From an uncultured Candidatus Poseidoniales archaeon (GTDB lineage Archaea > Thermoplasmatota > Poseidoniia > Poseidoniales > Thalassarchaeaceae): a DNA stretch of 29,511 nt. The notes under the pieces are model-generated. The model saw only the letters and a program-made list of their open reading frames with translations, did not search any database and was not told the DNA's origin. A program made the position numbers and the translations under genes. Location: positions 1 to 29,511 of the forward strand of contig CAZXZO010000009.1 of NCBI GenBank assembly GCA_964645485.1. Direction: 5' to 3'. The stretch's first letter is position 1, and each line of letters starts with the position of its first letter. This document shows, in pieces, positions 25,487-29,511 of this stretch.

Positions 25487-27433
25487 TCAAGACAACATTG
25501 CTTCAATTTCTTCGCCAGTTTTACAGTTCAGTAAGTGTTGAGGTTCAAGCCAACCTTTGCGAGCGATTTGCACTCCAAACCACACATCTCTCAGACCTGA
25601 TGTGTCGTGGGCATCGGGATTTATGCAGATTGGGACTCCTTGGTCTCTTGCAAATCGCAAAAACCGCCAATCTAAATCAAGTCGATATGGGCTAGCATTA
25701 ATCTCAACGGATTTCAACTCACCTTCAGCATTCAATTCACCCATACGCCGTAAAACAGCATGTAAATCCACATCAAATCCATCTCGTCCTTGTAAAATTC
25801 GGCCAGTAGGATGGCCAAGAATTGTACAAGTTGGGTCCTCAATTGCTGTAATTAAAGCCTCAGTATTTGCCACTTCATCTCGACTTCTCCAAGTAGGTAA
25901 CTGATGTACTGAGGCGACTACATGGCTAAGTTGTCTCCGTGTTTCGTCGTCATAATCTAGTGAACCATCTGGAAGAATATCACACTCAGCCCCATGCAAT
26001 AATCGGAAGTCCTTACCCCCATCAGCCCAAACCTCATTGAGGGCTCTCATTGCTTCACCTTGTGCCAGCATATCTTCTGCATCAGCGCCAATTTGTCGCC
26101 CTCCAATATTGAGTATTTGTGAGTGGTCTGCAATCCCCAAGAATTGCCAGTCCATATCCATCGCAGCCCCAGCCATTTGCTCAAGAGTGGCCACTCCATC
26201 TGACAGAGTCGTGTGATTGTGGAAACATCCTTTCAAGTCAGTAGGCATTACTAGCCTAGGTAGTGTATTTGTCTCAGCCGCATCAACTTCTCCCATGTCT
26301 TCACGTAGTTCTGGAGGAACCCATGCAAGGCCTAAGTGTTGGTAAATTTCTTCTTCAGTTGTTGCTGGTAGCGAGAATTGTGCTGCTTCTAAACCTTTCA
26401 TATCACCGGCTTTTTCCTCAGGAATTAACCCAAATTCGTTGAGGCGCAAGCCCATATTGATTGCTCTTTGCCGAAGAACAATGTTGTGCTCTTTGCTGCC
26501 AGTGAAGTATGCTAATGTGAATGCAAAAACTTCTGGTGGCACCAATCTAACTTGAGCGTCAATGGTTCCAGCGGATTCCATACTTGAGTAATCATCTCCA
26601 CCAATTGCTGAAAATACTCCACTGTCAAGCGTGCCAAGGTCCATGTGTTGTTCAAGAATACTGGCTTCTAAAATGACACTCACTTTACTGTCACCCGCGC
26701 CCTTGACTTCTGCAATGTTTGGGGTGTTGAGGATTGCTTGTGTGACCGATTCAACATTTTCTGGCCGTACCGCGGCAACGATATCCAAGTCGCCAATTGT
26801 TTCTCGGCGCCGTCTAGCGCTACCTGCGAGTTGAGCGTGCTCAACTCCTTCAATTCGGGCTACTAGTGCCTCAAACGCTTCACCATAAAGTAGCCCGACA
26901 TTTAGGCGGCGGCGACCTTGGAATCGAGCCAGCAAATCAATTCCATCTAGGATTTTTTGCTGGCTCTTTGCACCAAAACCATCGAGTTTCTCAACCCCAC
27001 CTTCGTGGCAAACAGTTGAAAGTTCAGCGATGGAATCAATACCCAATTCATCGTGAAGTTGTTTGATTCGTTTTGGTCCAAGCCCAGGGATTGCCAGCAT
27101 CTCAATCATTCCCGCAGGTGTATCATCATACAATTTCTGTAGGTCTCCCCAAGTCCCTTCACCAAGTGCTTCCCCAATCAGTGAAGCAATTCCTTTGCCG
27201 ATTCCTTTGACATCAGTCATTGTTCCAGATTTGCTTAATTCCCACAAATCTTGTTCAAGTGATGCAATCGTTCGGCTGCCGTTTTCATATGCTCTAATCC
27301 GAAAAGGATTAGCATCTGTTAACTTTAGTAGAGTTGCGACTTGTTCTAGTACAGTAGCAACTTGAGCTTTGGAATAATGCGGTGGCTCATCGCGTCTGCT
27401 CTTTGGCAATGTCCACGACTTCATCGAGACCAT
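25487..27433 (-). CDS. polX: Family X DNA polymerase-PHP fusion (apparently non-canonical polymerase site)
   Basis: NPFRIRAY, GIGKG, GLGPKR, GSARRRRETIGDLD, YFTGSKEHN; PHP ligands HNHTTLSDG, ADHS, GAECD, SVH, LGHP, NPDAH. Start ATG 27433 follows a GGGGAG RBS-like sequence. Confidence 0.93.
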   Translation of the reverse strand: MVSMKSWTLPKSRRDEPPHYSKAQVATVLEQVATLLKLTDANPFRIRAYENGSRTIASLEQDLWELSKSGTMTDVKGIGKGIASLIGEALGEGTWGDLQKLYDDTPAGMIEMLAIPGLGPKRIKQLHDELGIDSIAELSTVCHEGGVEKLDGFGAKSQQKILDGIDLLARFQGRRRLNVGLLYGEAFEALVARIEGVEHAQLAGSARRRRETIGDLDIVAAVRPENVESVTQAILNTPNIAEVKGAGDSKVSVILEASILEQHMDLGTLDSGVFSAIGGDDYSSMESAGTIDAQVRLVPPEVFAFTLAYFTGSKEHNIVLRQRAINMGLRLNEFGLIPEEKAGDMKGLEAAQFSLPATTEEEIYQHLGLAWVPPELREDMGEVDAAETNTLPRLVMPTDLKGCFHNHTTLSDGVATLEQMAGAAMDMDWQFLGIADHSQILNIGGRQIGADAEDMLAQGEAMRALNEVWADGGKDFRLLHGAECDILPDGSLDYDDETRRQLSHVVASVHQLPTWRSRDEVANTEALITAIEDPTCTILGHPTGRILQGRDGFDVDLHAVLRRMGELNAEGELKSVEINASPYRLDLDWRFLRFARDQGVPICINPDAHDTSGLRDVWFGVQIARKGWLEPQHLLNCKTGEEIEAMLS

Positions 27434-27513
27434 GTTCTCCCCACTACGGTTGAGCAGGTCACCATGCTTGAACCCTCGCGCGGTTGAAGTGCTGACCCGT
27501 CTTCGCCACAACA

Positions 27514-27855
27514 ATGGAGTTGGTCAGCCTTCTTGAATCGCTATCAGCGGTGACTTGCTCAGGATCCTTCCTAATTTGGATGAGTATAGGAACTCTATCT
27601 AGAACAGAAAAATCAGAAAAATTCGCTCAAAAGATTATGACAATTCTCTGCTTTGGGGCAGCAATCTCACTTTTCGGACTATATTTCGCTGGTGGCAACT
27701 TGTTTGGTTCAGCAAATTTTGCCAGGGTGTTAGCAGTTGTTTGTATTGCCGTTGGAGTCAGTGCAGGCATGAATATCAAAGGGCAAGATGTTCAAGGAGA
27801 ATCCAATCCACACGATTTGATGAAAATGCGCCGTGAGTCAGAAGAAAATGAGTAA
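27514..27855 (+). CDS. Hypothetical membrane protein (~3 TM)
   Basis: Three hydrophobic segments and a charged C-terminus. Confidence 0.6.
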   Translation: MELVSLLESLSAVTCSGSFLIWMSIGTLSRTEKSEKFAQKIMTILCFGAAISLFGLYFAGGNLFGSANFARVLAVVCIAVGVSAGMNIKGQDVQGESNPHDLMKMRRESEENE

Positions 27856-27860
27856 CTTTC

Positions 27861-29276
27861 TCACTTTAGGTCAACACCAGGTCCTCTAGTATGTCCTACT
27901 TTTCCGGGTGGTCGTTTTTTACCGCTCTTCTTTTGTTTCTTCTTGGATTTACTATCTGTTTTAGCATCAATTGAGGCCTTCTCTTTGGCAACACTTTTTG
28001 CTTGTTTTGCCGTAACTTTCTGGCCTTTTCTTGTCACGATTTTCGGCTCTTCTTCAACCAACTCATCAGTCTGTGCTTTGCTAGTCCTGTGTTTTGGCGC
28101 GACTTTGAAATCAGTATCATCATCTTCTTGTTCATCTAATGAAGAATCCCAAGAATCACCTTCTATCTCAGATTCATCTAAGTTTTCATTTAAAACATTG
28201 AAAGCGTCATCTGGGGATGCAGGCATGTTGATTTCTCCAACCATAACCTCTACCATTCCATCAGCAAGAATTCTCCCCTCAGCGCCCTTTACGCCACGTT
28301 TTGGTTTTGTTTCAGGAACATTCGGGTCGCTTGCCATATCCTCTAATGAGAGTTCTTCAGGCTCTGGCTCAACCTCTTTTTCACGCTCTTCTTCATTGGT
28401 TGATTGTTTTTCCAACGTCTCGCGCTCGAGTTTTCGATTATGCAAAGAAGACTGAGTTCTTTTGCCAATTACGAAAAGGATTACTGGTCCTAAAACTAGT
28501 AGGACAAGGACTGATTGTACATTGAAATTATAACCGGTTTTAGTACTCATCCATGAGGCAAAAGAGTTTGCTTTCTCCCGAAATGGGTCTAAAGTTTCAG
28601 CCGGGTCAGCACTACTCGTCTGAGGGGTTGAAGTCTCAACAAGAACTCCCAATGAAACGGAGAAAATTGGCTTCGGGTCACTACTTTCATTGAAGTATAA
28701 CAGTCCGCCACTTAAACCCGCAGAATTAGCCGTGAAATCCAGTCGCAATTCATTGCTATCCCCGCCGAATCCATGTTCTTCCAAGTCAATTTTTGTTGGT
28801 AATTCACCAATTGATATCCCTTCTTGTGCATCCCAGTCTGGTGTTAATCGGATAGGTACACGGCCCTCATTTTTCACGGTGCATAAAAAATGACTTGATT
28901 TGCCAATTGCTAAAGTGTGGTCGGGTGGATTACACCCTACTGACAGAATTGCTCTGTGAAGATTTGCATCATCAGGAAAATGGTCAATCAGAACAGCATC
29001 AAATGAACTAGTATCACCAAACCCATCACCATCTCGATCGGCCCATTGGGTTCTCTCATTTGGAAAAGCATCCGCGCCCTCAGCCGTACCCCATTCTTCG
29101 TCAGGGTCAGACCATCCATCACCATCAGTATCAGGGCAGCCGAATCTATCTTTGGTGGAATCGCCGTCAATTCCGGGGCAGTCATCATCTTGTGCGGCAA
29201 TCACAGGTGATGTGAGGGATATGAGAGAGAAGGACAAGACTGCCGCCATCAAAATGGTGACAAAGCCACTTCGCAT
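27861..29276 (-). CDS. Membrane-anchored protein with thrombospondin type-3-like Ca-binding repeats, Ig-like domain, TM and long charged cytoplasmic tail
   Basis: Signal peptide; DTDGDGWSD, DAFP, DRDGDGFGD, DHFP repeats (~28960-29189); CTVKNEG Ig-like strand; TM VLLVLGPVILFVI; acidic then Lys-rich tail. Confidence 0.8.
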   Translation of the reverse strand: MRSGFVTILMAAVLSFSLISLTSPVIAAQDDDCPGIDGDSTKDRFGCPDTDGDGWSDPDEEWGTAEGADAFPNERTQWADRDGDGFGDTSSFDAVLIDHFPDDANLHRAILSVGCNPPDHTLAIGKSSHFLCTVKNEGRVPIRLTPDWDAQEGISIGELPTKIDLEEHGFGGDSNELRLDFTANSAGLSGGLLYFNESSDPKPIFSVSLGVLVETSTPQTSSADPAETLDPFREKANSFASWMSTKTGYNFNVQSVLVLLVLGPVILFVIGKRTQSSLHNRKLERETLEKQSTNEEEREKEVEPEPEELSLEDMASDPNVPETKPKRGVKGAEGRILADGMVEVMVGEINMPASPDDAFNVLNENLDESEIEGDSWDSSLDEQEDDDTDFKVAPKHRTSKAQTDELVEEEPKIVTRKGQKVTAKQAKSVAKEKASIDAKTDSKSKKKQKKSGKKRPPGKVGHTRGPGVDLK

Positions 29277-29383
29277 ATTGTAAGGCTAGCCTATTTCCTC
29301 TATCAAGCCTCGCCGTAGGAGTTTTAGTTCCGCTCAACAAAAGGTGATTTGTGGGTCAAGAAAATGAATTACAAATTCGACAC

Positions 29384-29511
29384 GAGTGAGTTGCGAATCC
29401 AGGGTTCATCAATGGGTTAGAATTTGAGATAAAATTCCGCCAGATTGAGTTGCGGTTTCAGGTTTCATTAAAGGAGGAAAATTAGGCTGAAAAATCAGCA
29501 AGATTGAGTGG
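29384..29511. repeat. Degenerate non-coding tandem repeat with a 59-bp period, truncated by the window end
   Basis: Units begin at 29384, 29443 and 29502. Unit 1 vs unit 2: 40/59 identical (25/32 in the first part). The 10 available nt of unit 3 match unit 2 at 9/10. Confidence 0.75.

Noticed and set aside
27943-28455. 170-aa Ser-rich plus-strand ORF
   Set aside because: Antisense of the Glu/Asp-rich tail of the 27861-29276 gene; GAA/GAT codons read as Ser/Phe on the other strand.
29327-29346. GTTCCGCTCAACAAAAGGTG as an archaeal ORB element
   Set aside because: It lacks the GAAA core and G-string, occurs once, and no cdc6/orc1 gene is in the window.
29384-29511. Calling the 59-bp repeat a CRISPR array
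   Set aside because: Cores are only 25/32 identical, the putative spacers resemble each other, and no cas genes are in the window. Kept as an unexplained repeat.

Overview
Archaeal chromosomal window. TBP, an archaeal-type mevalonate kinase, a SepF-like gene and PKD/thrombospondin-type surface proteins point to Marine Group II Thermoplasmatota (Ca. Poseidoniales); the taxon is inferred from gene content, not from a search. The window mixes housekeeping, redox and repair genes (cysS, msrA, mvk, tbp, bcp, nth, PolX-PHP, FadF/HdrD-like Fe-S oxidoreductase) with many membrane-anchored surface proteins. No rRNA, tRNA, transposase, integrase or canonical CRISPR/cas was found. Most unusual items: (1) a non-coding degenerate tandem repeat with an exact 59-bp period running off the right edge; (2) a secreted lamin-tail + amidohydrolase + pacifastin-like + TM fusion protein; (3) two paralogous ~1,100-1,200 aa surface proteins flanking an AT-richer, polyproline-tailed membrane protein and followed by a SepF-like gene; (4) a PolX whose third catalytic Asp aligns with Gln; (5) a TBP with a ~21 aa insertion, whose TATA box sits inside an inverted repeat; (6) an RHH-PIN (VapBC-like) module with palindromes upstream. 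A long minus-strand gene at 1-1288 is missing from the ORF track because it runs off the window.
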